Shown: positions 10,253-21,170, numbered from the stretch's first letter. The stretch is 64,000 bases of DNA from a bacterium (GCA_965209155.1 OZ242383.1:288001-352000); one strand, 5' to 3'. The notes: a model not told the origin generated them from the letters alone. Translations and numbers: made by a program.

Positions 10253-11249
10253 AAAAATAAAAAAACAATGTCAGAGCCTCCATCTCAGTGGCCTTTGCCA
10301 GCATTTTGAAGCGATTTTTAAAACTGCCTCGCAAAAAAACTGGACTCATCATCAATTGCTCGAGAGCTTGTTTGATCTCGAACTGGACCATCGTCTCCAT
10401 AAGCGCATTCAATTGCGCTTGAAGCAAGCCAAATTGCCCGCCACTCTCACCATCGAGAGCTTTGATTTTGCCCACCACCCCTCTCGAAAAAAGAACAAAG
10501 GCAGAATTTTACAATTGATGCAATTGGACTTTATCAAAAATAGCGAGGATGTTATCCTGATTGGCAATCCAGGAGTGGGAAAGACCCACTTGGCTCTATG
10601 CCTGGCATACGAGGCCACTCAGAACGCCATGCGCACTTTATTTACCACAGCAACCGACATGATTAACCATTTGATTGCTGCCGAATCGGACCATTCCCTG
10701 GTCAAAAAACTCAGCCATTACACCGAACCGGACCTCCTCCTCTGCGATGAGATCGGTTATCTGCCACTGGATCAACAAGGAAGCAGCCTCTTTTTCCAGG
10801 TCATTAGTCGCAGGCATCAGAGAAAATCAACCTTTCTCACCACAAACCTGCCTTTTGCCCAATGGGGGAATCTCTTTGATTCGACCACTGTGGCCACTGC
10901 CATTGCAGATCGACTGGTAATGAATTCGGAGGTTATCATTTTAGAAGGAGAAAGCTATCGTAGAAATAAAAGAAAAAAGGCATATAGCCCCTTCCATCCG
11001 CTGTTTAAAAGGTATGAGGCCACATCACATCCCTACTTCTTGTCGCTCAATACCCAACCTATAGCTCTGCCCACTTACCTACGTGGTAAACTTCCAAATT
11101 GCCGTTTTTGGTATACTTTACCAATGCCATCAACATTCCTGGAGTACCAAGTTTTCCGCAAAATAGCCTTTATAGGTGCCATAATCATATTGTATAATCC
11201 TCTCGGGACTCAAACGAGTCATGGCACCCAGCAAACCAATATCAAATAA
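10245..11249 (+). CDS. istB: IstB-like ATPase, reading through the right end of the element
   Basis: GNPGVGKTH, LLLCDEIGY, TTNLPFAQW, AIADRL, GESYR; no stop codon before the IR. Confidence 0.9.
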   Translation: MSEKIKKQCQSLHLSGLCQHFEAIFKTASQKNWTHHQLLESLFDLELDHRLHKRIQLRLKQAKLPATLTIESFDFAHHPSRKKNKGRILQLMQLDFIKNSEDVILIGNPGVGKTHLALCLAYEATQNAMRTLFTTATDMINHLIAAESDHSLVKKLSHYTEPDLLLCDEIGYLPLDQQGSSLFFQVISRRHQRKSTFLTTNLPFAQWGNLFDSTTVATAIADRLVMNSEVIILEGESYRRNKRKKAYSPFHPLFKRYEATSHPYFLSLNTQPIALPTYLRGKLPNCRFWYTLPMPSTFLEYQVFRKIAFIGAIIILYNPLGTQTSHGTQQTNIK

Positions 11250-12203
11250 AAAGAGTTTAAAATGATTTTCAGACGCCCCCGCTAATAAGGGGATGGCAGG
11301 GTGTCCATTGAGAGGAATCTTGAAGGCTAATCCAGCTTTGACCAACCACTCAATCGGGTCCGCAAGCGCTTCATAGCTCCGATATCCTTTGGAAATGACA
11401 TCCTTGAATATAAATTTTTTCGACTGTTTATTGTGGGTATTGGATAATTGCAGAGGGATCGCTTCAAAGATCCGTTCAATATGCCTGAAATTGGTAGCTC
11501 CCGCGTATTTTGAAAAATCCCTCACATAATGAAGCAGCAACTGATTCTGAGTGTGACGTGCCGCCCGAAAAGCTTCCAGGGGTTTCTCTTTTTGGTGGTG
11601 ATATTCCCTGATGACCTCCGGCATCCCTCCGGTGATCAAATATGTTTTTAATAAATGAAACAATTTACGATGGTAGGGATCCCCTGTTTTTTCTCCCTGA
11701 AATTTCTCCAAAAACTTGACCGCTTGGGTCTCATCGGTTCCCAGCAGAAATTCTTCGAAGTTCATAGGATACATCGAAAGTATCTCCACTTGTCCGACAG
11801 GAAAAGCTTCTTCGCCATGGATTACCCCAAGATTGGAACCTGCCGCAACCACCGCTAAGGGCTTCATGTGCTGATTAAAGTATTTTAACGCCGTGACCGC
11901 CCGAGGAATGGTTTGGATTTCATCCAGCACCAGCAAGTCATTCTCTATATTGATGGACTTTCCCGAGACAAAACTCAACCCATCAATGATGAGTTTGGGA
12001 TGCAAAGAAGCGTCCTGGAAAAGGGGACCTAACTCGGTTTTTAAGGCTTCTAAATCAAAATAATGCGTGTTTGGGAAAGCCTCGTTGCCAAATTTTTGAA
12101 GCACATAAGTTTTTCCAACTTGCCTGGCCCCCTGAAGCAGTAACGGCTTCCGGTTTTCTTTGTTTTTCCAATCGATTAACTGCTTTTCAATCAGACGTTT
12201 CAT
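11136..12203 (-). pseudogene. 5' part of AAA ATPase + DUF4143 gene (COG1373-like) interrupted by IS
   Basis: GARQVGKT, LVLDEIQ, AAGS, TGGMPE, FDIGLL. Confidence 0.9.
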
Positions 12204-12320
12204 CAGACCGACCCTTGGTATCGTTTTCTTTGAAATATAGACAAATTTAAAGATTTACCCCAGGAATATATCAATAAATATAAAGAAAATATCAAGCAAA
12301 AAGAATGATTTCTTAAAATC

Positions 12321-12540
12321 CTTCGAAGAAGAGGCCATCGATGAGACAGTTTAGGCTGGCTCGTAATTGTTATCGAGGAACCTTTGGTGATCAAATCAAT
12401 GTGATGCTCGCTGCCGCTGCTTATAATTTCAAAAAGTGGATGAGACTGCAAATGCAAGCTATGATGAAAAAAAATCCTACTTTAAATCCATTCATTGGTG
12501 CTTGGTAGGATCGCTGAGTCTATTATTCTTGACCGACTAA
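12321..12540 (+). pseudogene. IS5-family transposase C-terminal remnant
   Basis: RQFRLARNCYRGTFGDQINVMLAAAAYNFKKWMR resembles IS5 C-termini. Confidence 0.65.
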
Positions 12541-12711
12541 TCTAATTGGGTTGTTCTAGCTTAAATGTAATTTGAATTAAAGGTGGTTCGTAAATCTACA
12601 CTGGAGCTTTACAATGAAAATCGATAAAGTAAAGGAGATTTCCTTATTTCGCGGGAGATTCTGCGGCTGGTGCTCAACCAAAGTGGCATCTGTGCCCGAT
12701 AGTCTCGTTTA

Positions 12712-14100
12712 GAGATATAGTCGAAAGTTGGGGATGGACTAAATTTGAAGGTGGCGTATCCTATTGATGGGAATTTAAAATAAATAGAATTACATCAAAG
12801 AAAGGATACGCCGATGAGCAACTATAACGTGATTGATCTGGAGAAGCCAGAGCAAATTATTGAAGATCATTTGAGTGAACTTTTGAGAGTGAAAGCCAGG
12901 AAGATACTTTCTGAAGCGTTGGAATTGGAGATGGAAATATTCATGAAGGAATATCAGTCCTATCGACTCTCGGATGGACGTCAGCGAGTGGTTCGTCATG
13001 GTTATCATCAAGATCGGGAGATTCAGACGGGAATTGGTTCTATATCCGTGAAAGTTCCGCGGAGTAAAGATCGTCAAAGCACCTCATCAGAGGAAAGGAT
13101 TCGATTTTCTTCCAAGTTGATCCCCCCTTATCTGAGGAAAAGTAAAAGTATTGAAGCCCTGATTCCCTGGCTGTATCTGAAAGGGATTTCCACTGGTGGC
13201 TTTCAGGAGGCGCTCGCAGCGATTTTAGGTAAAAGAGCGGCGGGCTTGTCTTCAGCGACAGTGAGCCGTCTTAAATCAAGCTGGTATGAGGATTGGAAAG
13301 CCTGGAAACAACGGGATCTCTCCCAGAGTCATTATGTTTATCTCTGGGTCGATGGCGTGTATTGCAATGTGAGAATGGATAAAGATAAACAATGCCTCTT
13401 GGTGATTGTGGGGGCAACAGAAAATGGAGATAAAGAGCTCGTTGCCTTGGAAGATGGCTACCGGGAAAGTGAGCAATCCTGGAGGGAACTGCTGATGGAT
13501 CTGAAGCACCGGGGATTGACTGAGGCCCCTAAAATCGCTGTGGGAGACGGAGCGATGGGATTTTGGAAAGCTTTGAAAAAAGTCTATCCTCAGAGCAAAG
13601 AGCAGCGTTGTTGGATGCACAAAACGGGAAACATTCTCAACTATTTACCAAAAAGGGAGCATCATAAAGCCAAGGATCGTCTCCATCAAATTTGGATGGC
13701 CAGCAGCAAAGAGGAAGCTTTCAAAGCCTTAAAGCATTTTGTTGACATGTATGAGGCGAAATATCCTAAAGCCACTCACTGCTTGATTAAAGATCAGGAG
13801 ACCTTGATGGCCTTCTATGATTTCCCGGCAGAGCATTGGAGGCATTTGAGAACGAGCAATCCCATTGAATCCACCTTCGCTACTGTCAAACTGAGAACTG
13901 CCAAAGTCAGAGGTTGTTTCTCAAGAAATACCGTCTTGACGATGGCATTCAAATTAATGGAATCCGCTCAGAAAAATTGGATCCGATTACACGGATTTAA
14001 ACGATTAGCCGAAGTGATAGAGGGAGTACAATTTGTCGATGGAATTCCTCAATACAGGATCGCCGCCTGAATTGCCATCCCCAGAATTTGACTATAACTC
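12712..14100 (+). mobile_element. IS256-family insertion sequence
   Basis: TIR GAGATATAGTCGAAAGTTGGGGATGG / CCATCCCCAGAATTTGACTATAACTC; 9-bp TSD TCTCGTTTA (12703-12711 and 14101-14109). Confidence 0.95.
12814..14070 (+). CDS. IS256-family transposase
   Basis: YLWVDG, GYRESEQSW, AVGDGAMG, QRCWMHK, RTSNPIES. Confidence 0.95.
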   Translation: MSNYNVIDLEKPEQIIEDHLSELLRVKARKILSEALELEMEIFMKEYQSYRLSDGRQRVVRHGYHQDREIQTGIGSISVKVPRSKDRQSTSSEERIRFSSKLIPPYLRKSKSIEALIPWLYLKGISTGGFQEALAAILGKRAAGLSSATVSRLKSSWYEDWKAWKQRDLSQSHYVYLWVDGVYCNVRMDKDKQCLLVIVGATENGDKELVALEDGYRESEQSWRELLMDLKHRGLTEAPKIAVGDGAMGFWKALKKVYPQSKEQRCWMHKTGNILNYLPKREHHKAKDRLHQIWMASSKEEAFKALKHFVDMYEAKYPKATHCLIKDQETLMAFYDFPAEHWRHLRTSNPIESTFATVKLRTAKVRGCFSRNTVLTMAFKLMESAQKNWIRLHGFKRLAEVIEGVQFVDGIPQYRIAA

Positions 14101-14136
14101 TCTCGTTTATCTTGTTCAGCATGGAGTTCGAAAATC

Positions 14137-14430
14137 ATGAAAACTTTAGCAGAAATAAAATACGGCTTAGTCCAACAAAAATCGCTCCTCAAAGAAAAGT
14201 ATAAGGTAAGCCGCGTTGGGATATTTGGCTCCTATGTCAGAAGTGAACAAACCCCAAATAGCGATATTGATATATTGATTGATTATGAGGAGGCTCCCAG
14301 TTTGATTACTTTGATCGAGTTGGAGCATTATCTGGAAGACATTCTGAAGACAAAGGTCGATTTAGTGACACAGAAAGGGATTAAACCTCCGTTAAAAGAC
14401 GCTATTTTAAATGAGGTGGTTTATCTATGA
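14137..14430 (+). CDS. MNT minimal nucleotidyltransferase (MNT-HEPN antitoxin)
   Basis: GIFGSYVR...SDIDILID. Confidence 0.9.
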   Translation: MKTLAEIKYGLVQQKSLLKEKYKVSRVGIFGSYVRSEQTPNSDIDILIDYEEAPSLITLIELEHYLEDILKTKVDLVTQKGIKPPLKDAILNEVVYL

Positions 14431-14592
14431 GCGAGAGAACCGTCATGGAGAGCAATCGCTGGAATGCGGGATCGTTTGATTCATCATTATTGGGAGACAG
14501 AGAAAGAAATCTTATGGAAAACCGTTCAAGAATCGATACCTCCCCTAAAGAAAGTCATTCAAGAACTACTTGAGAAGGAAAATCAACGTTGA
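14427..14592 (+). pseudogene. HEPN/DUF86 toxin with internal deletion
   Basis: Start overlaps the MNT stop, then jumps to WRAIAGMRDRLIHHYW (R-x4-H motif). Confidence 0.8.
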
Positions 14593-14694
14593 TCTAACCA
14601 CTGGGGAAAATATCAATCGGGGCCGCTTGTGAACTGGCTTCCATGAATATTTATGAATTTATGAAGATATGCAAAAAGCACCGCATTGAAATCC

Positions 14695-14909
14695 TTCAAT
14701 ATGAGAAGCAAGAAAGGGGAGAACGATGAAAGCATTTAACAGCAAACGTGTCCTCTGTGGTGACTACCAGTTACCGCGTCAGATGTTGCAAGAGCAAACC
14801 TACGACGGGCACAGCTCTATTCACGACGATAAAATGGCAGCGGATTTGGGGTTTTCTGGCGCGCCTATTGAAGGACCAACCCACTTCAGCCAGTTTTCAC
14901 CGCTGTTGT
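14695..14909 (+). pseudogene. Partial duplicate of the hotdog gene 5' end
   Basis: Near-identical to ~5287-5501. Confidence 0.92.
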
Positions 14910-15009
14910 CGATAAAAGGAAGTGAAAAACTCTTGACTGTATAAGAGAGTAGACTGTACTCTATGATGAAAAATAGCAACCAATTAAGGTAATCAAAAAG
15001 GAAGAACCA

Positions 15010-15285
15010 ATGGCAAAGATTATAGTAGAAATTCCCGATGATATCGTCAGTCAATTTGAGAGTATTGAGGCAATTCGCCGAACCATATATGAAGATTTTA
15101 TAATTGAACAACGCCAAAATGGAAATCTAAGCCTTGGGGAAGCGGCCCAACTGCTAGGCATTACATATACTGAATTATTTGAGTTGTTGGGGAAAAAAGG
15201 GCTTTCATTTATAAATTCGACGCCTGATGAATTGCGTGAAAGTTATTCCTCCTTCCAAAACTTGATGGAACAATCCAAAAAATGA
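15010..15285 (+). CDS. UPF0175-family antitoxin
   Basis: GNLSLGEAAQLLGI HTH motif; upstream of a PIN gene. Confidence 0.8.
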   Translation: MAKIIVEIPDDIVSQFESIEAIRRTIYEDFIIEQRQNGNLSLGEAAQLLGITYTELFELLGKKGLSFINSTPDELRESYSSFQNLMEQSKK

Positions 15286-15725
15286 TGGTCATTTCCAATT
15301 CAAGTCCCCTTATAGCACTGAGTAGTGTTGATCAGCTAGACATTCTTTTCCAACTTTTTGAGAAGGTCTATATCCCTGAAGCAGTCTTTCAAGAAACTGT
15401 AACAGAGAATCATCTCATCGCCCAAAGGGAGCGGATTCTTGAAGCAACAGATACTTTTTTGAGAGTCATCTTTCCAAAGGTTCAACATCCTTTTGAAAGA
15501 AAGTTGGGATATGGAGAACAAGGAGTCTTAAATTTAGCATTTGAAATGCAACCAGACATTGTTTTGATTGATGATAAAAAAGCAAGAAATGAAGCAAAAG
15601 ATTTAGGACTAGCTCCAATATTTACAACAGATCTTTTTAAATGGGCCAAAAGTCAAAAAATTATTGATTCCTATCAGATTATTATGAATCAACTCTCTGA
15701 AAATCAAATATATCTTCCAGAATAA
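15282..15725 (+). CDS. PIN-domain toxin (DUF3368/COG2405 type)
   Basis: ISNSSPLIAL, IPEAVFQE, LGYGE, LIDDKKAR. Confidence 0.88.
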   Translation: MMVISNSSPLIALSSVDQLDILFQLFEKVYIPEAVFQETVTENHLIAQRERILEATDTFLRVIFPKVQHPFERKLGYGEQGVLNLAFEMQPDIVLIDDKKARNEAKDLGLAPIFTTDLFKWAKSQKIIDSYQIIMNQLSENQIYLPE

Positions 15726-15855
15726 GGAAAATTGAGGATTCCGATATGAATAAGTTCGTAGAGCCGTATCCAAGCGGCTTCGACGAGCATTCCCCGCAGA
15801 TCCGCTTTGCCGGAGCGAGTAATATGGCCCATGCGAATCTGATCGGTGCGAAGGG

Positions 15856-16185
15856 TTACGTGAAAACTCTTCTTATGCACGTCAATGCCAACAAAAAGGG
15901 TTTGGCCTGATAATGATTCAGAACCTGAAGGTGACGTTTGATTTCAAATACTCTTGGGATGGGTTGCTCTGCACGAACCCGTTCGTAAGCAAAATGAGTC
16001 ATGGTTGCTACATCATGAGTGAGAAGAATTCTATTTTCCTCAGCTGCCCATTCCAAAATGGTAGGATCATCCGTTCCAGATAGTCCAACATTTTGAACAC
16101 GAACAATATCCAGGTTGGGATTACGTCGCCCCAACCCACGTAAGATGTCATTGTTGAAGTTCTCATCAGCGGCAAATCGAAGCAC
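15856..16185 (-). CDS. DUF5615 PIN-like toxin, C-terminus possibly replaced
   Basis: ADENF, DDPTILEWAAEENRILLTHD. Confidence 0.8.
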   Translation of the reverse strand: MLRFAADENFNNDILRGLGRRNPNLDIVRVQNVGLSGTDDPTILEWAAEENRILLTHDVATMTHFAYERVRAEQPIPRVFEIKRHLQVLNHYQAKPFLLALTCIRRVFT

Positions 16186-16188
16186 CAG

Positions 16189-16521
16189 CTATCCTTGTCT
16201 TTTCTTTCGAGCCAACAATCTTTCCCGAATTCCTTGGGGATTAAAGCGAGATTCATTCATCTCTCTCACCTTTTCGGCTTGCTCTTCTCTTTGCTGTAAA
16301 TATTCTTCGATCTCTGTGCGGTGGTGTAGGTAGTAACCAATGACGGAATAGACATCAGCCAAGTCGAGGGAAGGATATTGATAAACAATTTCTTCAGCGG
16401 TTGCTCCATCCAGGAAAGCATAGATGAGGGTATCCAAAGTGACCCTGGTGCCACCCACTCTCAGGACTCCATGGGAATCCTCTTTAAAACGTATTTCTTC
16501 AATAGCAGCAGGTAAGCTCAT
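16189..16521 (-). CDS. DUF433 antitoxin
   Basis: RVGGTRVTLD...GATAEEIVYQYPSLDLADVY. Confidence 0.9.
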   Translation of the reverse strand: MSLPAAIEEIRFKEDSHGVLRVGGTRVTLDTLIYAFLDGATAEEIVYQYPSLDLADVYSVIGYYLHHRTEIEEYLQQREEQAEKVREMNESRFNPQGIRERLLARKKRQG

Positions 16522-16550
16522 AATGCGCTCTTCCGCGTCTCTCCCGAATC

Positions 16551-17152
16551 CAGTTGCGTATTTTGATCACAACCTTACTTTCCATCTTTTGGGGATTTAA
16601 TTTTTTCGACCTGATCTATGCGACCACTTCAGGAGGGCCTTTTGCTCGAACTGAAACACTGGTCGTCCTGGCTCAGAGAATGGCATTTAAGGTCTTAGAT
16701 CTTGGATATACAAGCGCCCTTGGGGTAATGTGGCTGTTAATCCTTATGGTTTTTACGGGGATGGTGCTTCCTTTCTCAATTTGGATGATAAAAAGTTTTT
16801 GTGATACTTTTGATAAAGACCTGGAAGATGCAGCCATCATTGACGGCGCATCAAGATTCCGGATCTTATGGAATATTGTGGTACCAATGATTACGCCGGG
16901 CATCGCATCGGTCGCCATGTTCTCCTTCCTGGCTCCTGGAATCATTTGCTCTATGTGATGATTCTCAATACCCGTGAGACCTTGTTGACGGTGCCAATGG
17001 GACTTGTAAGAGAGTATAGCAGTCAATATGATTATTATTACGCTACTTTGTCCGCAGGGCTGCTTTTAATCATCATTCCTATCGCTATTGTCTATATTCC
17101 ATTCCAAAAATACTATGCTTCCGGACTGACAATGGGAGCGGTAAAAGGTTGA
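16551..17152 (+). pseudogene. Chimeric remnant of two carbohydrate ABC permeases
   Basis: FDLIYATTSGGP (permease 1 C-terminus) fused to LEDAAIIDGAS...GLTMGAVKG (permease 2), with a frameshift at ~16935. Confidence 0.8.
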
Positions 17153-17197
17153 AAATAAAAGTAGTAAGCGGCGCTCGATGATGCATAAAGGAATTAT

Positions 17198-18904
17198 ATG
17201 AAGCGGTGCCTGTTCCCAGAACAATTTCCTATTATAGCGCTATTCGGCCTCGCAATGTTACTGTCAGGGTGTGACACTATGCGGCCTGGCGGTCTGTCAG
17301 CTTCCGTCGTGGTGGAAACTCAACCCCTGTCGATTGATTCACGTCAGTGCACCGGTTCCTTCATGCCCCATCGTTTGTCTCATGTGACCCGCAGTGACAA
17401 AAAGCGCATCGGCTTGTACCAAGGTCATGGGGCCGGAGTGGCTTTGGCGGACCTCAACGAGAATGGCCTGATCGATATCATCTTGGCCGGGCAACATGCA
17501 CCGTCGACTATTTTGTGGAACCAGGGTGGGTTGAAATTTCGCGGTGAACTTCTGGATGCCGATGGTTCGCGGGCGGTCAATGCCGTGGACGTGGATGGTG
17601 ACGGCCGGTTCGACTTGGTGTTCACGCACTCCGGTGCTTCCCCTTCCTTCTGGCGTGCGGGAGGGAATCCCAGGCAGCCTGACTTCACGCGCGTCGCCAA
17701 GCAAGATTTCATCAACCGGCAAAATCCCTTCGTGATGGCCTGGGGCGACCTGGACGATGACGGGGACCTCGACATGGTGGGGGGATCCTACGACCGTGAA
17801 CTCAACTCCCTGGGGCTGGGCTCTATTTTTGCTGGCACTCCAGTGGGTGGAGGGGTGTACCTTTACACCAATGAAAGAGGGAGCTTCAAGGCATTTCTCC
17901 TTTATAATTCCTCCGAAGCTTTGGCGATCTTGCTAACCGATCTGGATGCTGATGGACGGCGGGATATTTTGATCGGCAACGACTTTGCCCCACCTGACGT
18001 GGCAATCCTTAACAAGCCTGAGGGTTGGGTGGATGCCTTTCCCTTCGAGCGCACCACCTCCAATACCATGGGCTTCGCAGAAGGCGATATCGACAACGAC
18101 GGAAGATTTGAAATCATGGCGACCGATATGAAGCCCTACCTGGCAGACCCCATTTGGCAGCCGGAATTGGAAGGCCCTGTTTCGATGCAGTCTGAAGATG
18201 GGGTCCAGTTCCTCGCCAATACCCTACAGTCTCGCCGCAGCAACGTTTCAGCCTTTTCCGATCGTGGCAAGGAGGCAGGGGTAGATGCCACCGGCTGGAG
18301 CTGGTCGGTTCAATTCGGAGATCTGGACAATGATGGCGCCGTCGACATTTACGTCGTCAATGGTATGTTCGACGACACTCTCTTTGCGCATTTACCAGGA
18401 AATGAACTGATTCAGGAAAACCAGGCCTTGCGCAATGATGGGACCGGGCACTTCCTCCCCGCTCCGGAATGGGGACTGGGGGCCACGGAGAGCGGGCGGG
18501 GGATGAGTTTTGGAGACTTGGACAACGATGGGGATTTGGATATCGTGGTCAACAACCTGGCCACACCTTCGGTCTTATTTGAGAATCGACTTTGTGTGGG
18601 CAGTGCCCTGGAAGTCGCGTTGCACTGGGAGGGTTCTCCCAACCAACGAGCCATTGGTGCTCAACTGCGATTGCACACCACCCAGGGGATCCTGCATCGT
18701 GAGGTACGCCTGAGCAGCGGGTATCTCTCCAGCCTCCCGGCTCGGGTCCATTTTGGTCTGGGCAAGGCCAAAGCCAGCGACTTGCAGAAATTGGAAGTGA
18801 TTTGGCCGGATGGTCATCTTACTCGCATCGACCAACCTTCCCTCGGAACACTGCTCCGAGTGCAAAGGATTTTCAACTTTAGGAAAGGAAGTAATGACGT
18901 TTAA
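17198..18904 (+). CDS. CRTAC1/ASPIC-UnbV family FG-GAP-repeat lipoprotein
   Basis: Lipobox LSGC, repeated GDLDNDGDLD motifs, C-terminal RVHFGLG...VIWPDG. Confidence 0.9.
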   Translation: MKRCLFPEQFPIIALFGLAMLLSGCDTMRPGGLSASVVVETQPLSIDSRQCTGSFMPHRLSHVTRSDKKRIGLYQGHGAGVALADLNENGLIDIILAGQHAPSTILWNQGGLKFRGELLDADGSRAVNAVDVDGDGRFDLVFTHSGASPSFWRAGGNPRQPDFTRVAKQDFINRQNPFVMAWGDLDDDGDLDMVGGSYDRELNSLGLGSIFAGTPVGGGVYLYTNERGSFKAFLLYNSSEALAILLTDLDADGRRDILIGNDFAPPDVAILNKPEGWVDAFPFERTTSNTMGFAEGDIDNDGRFEIMATDMKPYLADPIWQPELEGPVSMQSEDGVQFLANTLQSRRSNVSAFSDRGKEAGVDATGWSWSVQFGDLDNDGAVDIYVVNGMFDDTLFAHLPGNELIQENQALRNDGTGHFLPAPEWGLGATESGRGMSFGDLDNDGDLDIVVNNLATPSVLFENRLCVGSALEVALHWEGSPNQRAIGAQLRLHTTQGILHREVRLSSGYLSSLPARVHFGLGKAKASDLQKLEVIWPDGHLTRIDQPSLGTLLRVQRIFNFRKGSNDV

Positions 18905-19071
18905 ACAGTTTTGGAGAGTTTCTAAAAGCTTTTCAGCAGAGGAAGACTCATTCTGCAATTCACGAAAAAAGATTTTAAATTTGTTGAAGCGTTCATATGC
19001 GAATGGGTTGGGTGGTTGGTTTTACTGATTAAAACACTTTTGTCCGCATCAAAGTTGCAGCAAGGAGCATC

Positions 19072-19572
19072 ATGTTTTATGAAAAAATATTTCACACTTT
19101 CGCTGAGGCCGGATTGGATTATGTCGTGATTGGTGGAATTGCTGTGAACTTGCAGGGATTTGCCAGGGCCACGGCGGATTTGGATATTATCATTTTTTTG
19201 AATGAGGAGGAGCTTCATAAGTTTATCCAGGCCGTGCAGCAGATGGGGTTTGTTCCCAGGCTTCCGGTGAATCTGGAAGATTTGGCGGATTCAGAAAAAC
19301 GAGAGAAGTGGATTCAGCAAAAAAACATGAAGGTGTTTAGTGTTTACAATCCCAAACAAACAATAGAAACAATTGATGTCATGATTGATGTGCCGCTAGA
19401 GATGGATGGAATCTTTCAAAGAAGGGCTTGGATGGATTTTCAGGATATACAAATTCCAGTCGCTTCTATTTCTGATCTCATTGCTCTGAAAGAAATTTCT
19501 GGAAGAGAACGGGACAAAATTGACATTGAGGCTTTAAGAAAAATAGAGGAGATCTTGCATGCAAAAGACTGA
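19072..19572 (+). CDS. Nucleotidyltransferase (DUF6036-like)
   Basis: YVVIGGIAV..RATADLDI, LIALK..GRERDKID. Confidence 0.8.
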   Translation: MFYEKIFHTFAEAGLDYVVIGGIAVNLQGFARATADLDIIIFLNEEELHKFIQAVQQMGFVPRLPVNLEDLADSEKREKWIQQKNMKVFSVYNPKQTIETIDVMIDVPLEMDGIFQRRAWMDFQDIQIPVASISDLIALKEISGRERDKIDIEALRKIEEILHAKD

Positions 19573-19738
19573 TACTTTGGTTGGGGAGGAGCGAGATGTG
19601 GAGCAGCTCAAGGCGTTCATGGCACTTTCAGCGGAGGAAAAACTTCAACATCTGGAACAACTCAATGCCTTTCTTCAACAAGCGATGCCCGTAAAATGTA
19701 TAGAAGCTTGGGAAAAATTAAAACAGCAGGGGTTTTAA
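19559..19738 (+). CDS. 59-aa partner of the nucleotidyltransferase (not in ORF track)
   Basis: MQKTDTL...FMALSAEEKLQHLEQL...QGF; GAGGAG RBS; overlaps the upstream gene end. Confidence 0.6.
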   Translation: MQKTDTLVGEERDVEQLKAFMALSAEEKLQHLEQLNAFLQQAMPVKCIEAWEKLKQQGF

Positions 19739-19902
19739 AGAGGATCAATGGCTGAATACATCGTGGCAGTTCGTTCCCTTTACATTCAACTTTTTTTTGA
19801 AGATTTAGAAGGCGATATCGAAGTGCTTGACCGCATGTGGGAAGCAGCTGACTTTATCGTTCGCTTCCTGAAAGAAACTTGCCGTCAAGAACTTGTTTTT
19901 TA

Positions 19903-19920
19903 GTTAACATGCGTGTTAAC
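19903..19920. promoter_or_regulatory. Palindromic operator upstream of RelE/HigA module
   Basis: GTTAACA-TGCG-TGTTAAC ending 8 nt before the toxin ATG. Confidence 0.55.
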
Positions 19921-19928
19921 ATTTTTCT

Positions 19929-20285
19929 ATGAGAGACATAAATTTTTTTAAAACAGAAACTGGCCGTTCTCCAGTTGAGGAATTTATAGATTCCCTTCCT
20001 TCAAAGCAAGCTCAAAAGGTTGCATGGGTTTTAATTTTAATTGAGGAAATGGAAATCGTTCCTTCTAAATACTTTAAGAAGCTCCCAAATACTGATGATA
20101 TTTGGGAGGTTCGAATTGTTTCAGGGAATGATATCTATCGTATTTTAGGGTTTTTCGACGGGCCAGATTTGGTAGTTTTAAATCATGCATTCCAAAAAAA
20201 GACTCAAAAAACTCCGAGTCGAGCAATAAGGACGGCTGAAAGTAGAAAAAGATCTTATTTAGAAAGGGGTAAAACTAATGAGTGA
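19929..20285 (+). CDS. RelE/Gp49-like (HigB-type) toxin
   Basis: [30 protein letters not shown]. Confidence 0.9.
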   Translation: MRDINFFKTETGRSPVEEFIDSLPSKQAQKVAWVLILIEEMEIVPSKYFKKLPNTDDIWEVRIVSGNDIYRILGFFDGPDLVVLNHAFQKKTQKTPSRAIRTAESRKRSYLERGKTNE

Positions 20286-20553
20286 TTTGAAGAAATATAT
20301 AGCAAAACGCAAAGCCTTAGATTCTGAGTTTGCAGAAGGTTTCGATGCTGGATATGAAGAGTTTAAAATTGGCGTTATCTTGAAAATTGCAAGGGAAAAA
20401 GCTGGAATCACCCAAGAACAACTTGCTCAAAAGATGAATACAAAAAAATCTGCCATTTCTCGAATTGAAAACCACGCAGATGATATAAAGTTATCAACCC
20501 TTAAAAAGTTTGCTCAAGCACTAGGCAAAAAGCTTAATGTAGAAGTAGCTTAG
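20278..20553 (+). CDS. XRE/HigA-type antitoxin
   Basis: [28 protein letters not shown]. Confidence 0.9.
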   Translation: MSDLKKYIAKRKALDSEFAEGFDAGYEEFKIGVILKIAREKAGITQEQLAQKMNTKKSAISRIENHADDIKLSTLKKFAQALGKKLNVEVA

Positions 20554-20577
20554 CCTCTTTATGACCAAGAAACTTTA

Positions 20578-20847
20578 GATGGAGGAACAAGAAAGGGGAG
20601 AACGATGAAAGCATTTAACAGCAAACGTGCCCTCTGTGGTGACTATCGGATACCTCGTCAGATGTTACAAGAGCAAATCTATGACGGGCATAGCTCTATT
20701 CACGACGACAAAATGGCAGCGGATTTGGGTTTTTCTGGCGCGCCTATTGAAGGACTGACCCACTTCAGCCAGTTTTCACCGCTGTTGTATGAAAATTTTG
20801 GCAAGACCTGATTTGAAAACGGTTGCATCAGTGCGCATTATTTAAAT
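20578..20847 (+). pseudogene. Partial duplicate of the hotdog gene 5' end
   Basis: Near-identical to ~5292-5560; TGG>TGA stop; ends at ATTTAAAT. Confidence 0.92.
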
Positions 20848-21170
20848 TTTGCCGAATGCGCTCTTCCACGTCTCTCCCGGATCCAGTCCGGGACAAGCTT
20901 TTACCTGCGCCTCCTTGTTATTGAAACTCCCCTTTTTTTAAACGTTTCGCCCTTTGCGGGCCAAACTGCATATTCCGGCCCACTTCGATCACCGATTCCG
21001 GTCCACTTCGATCACTGATTCCGGCCCACTTCGATCACTGATTCCGGCCCACTTCGATCATCATGGATGATCGTTGCAACAGCGAAGCAAGCCGTTCCTT
21101 CATTTCAATAAAATTGGCTATATAGATCCTCTGTCAGTAAGAATATTTTCATTATTTTCCAAGAGGATCT

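Larger units (their letters stand above)
8859..11135 (+). mobile_element. IS21-family-ended element with passenger genes; istA essentially deleted
   Basis: Ends TGTTAACGCCAC... and ...ATGCCATCAACA; 5-bp target duplication TTCCT (8854-8858 and 11136-11140); contains istB. Confidence 0.88.

Noticed and set aside
20967..21062. 23-bp tandem repeats resembling a CRISPR array
   Set aside because: No spacers; mirrored at 23530-23600; these are IS21 subterminal repeats
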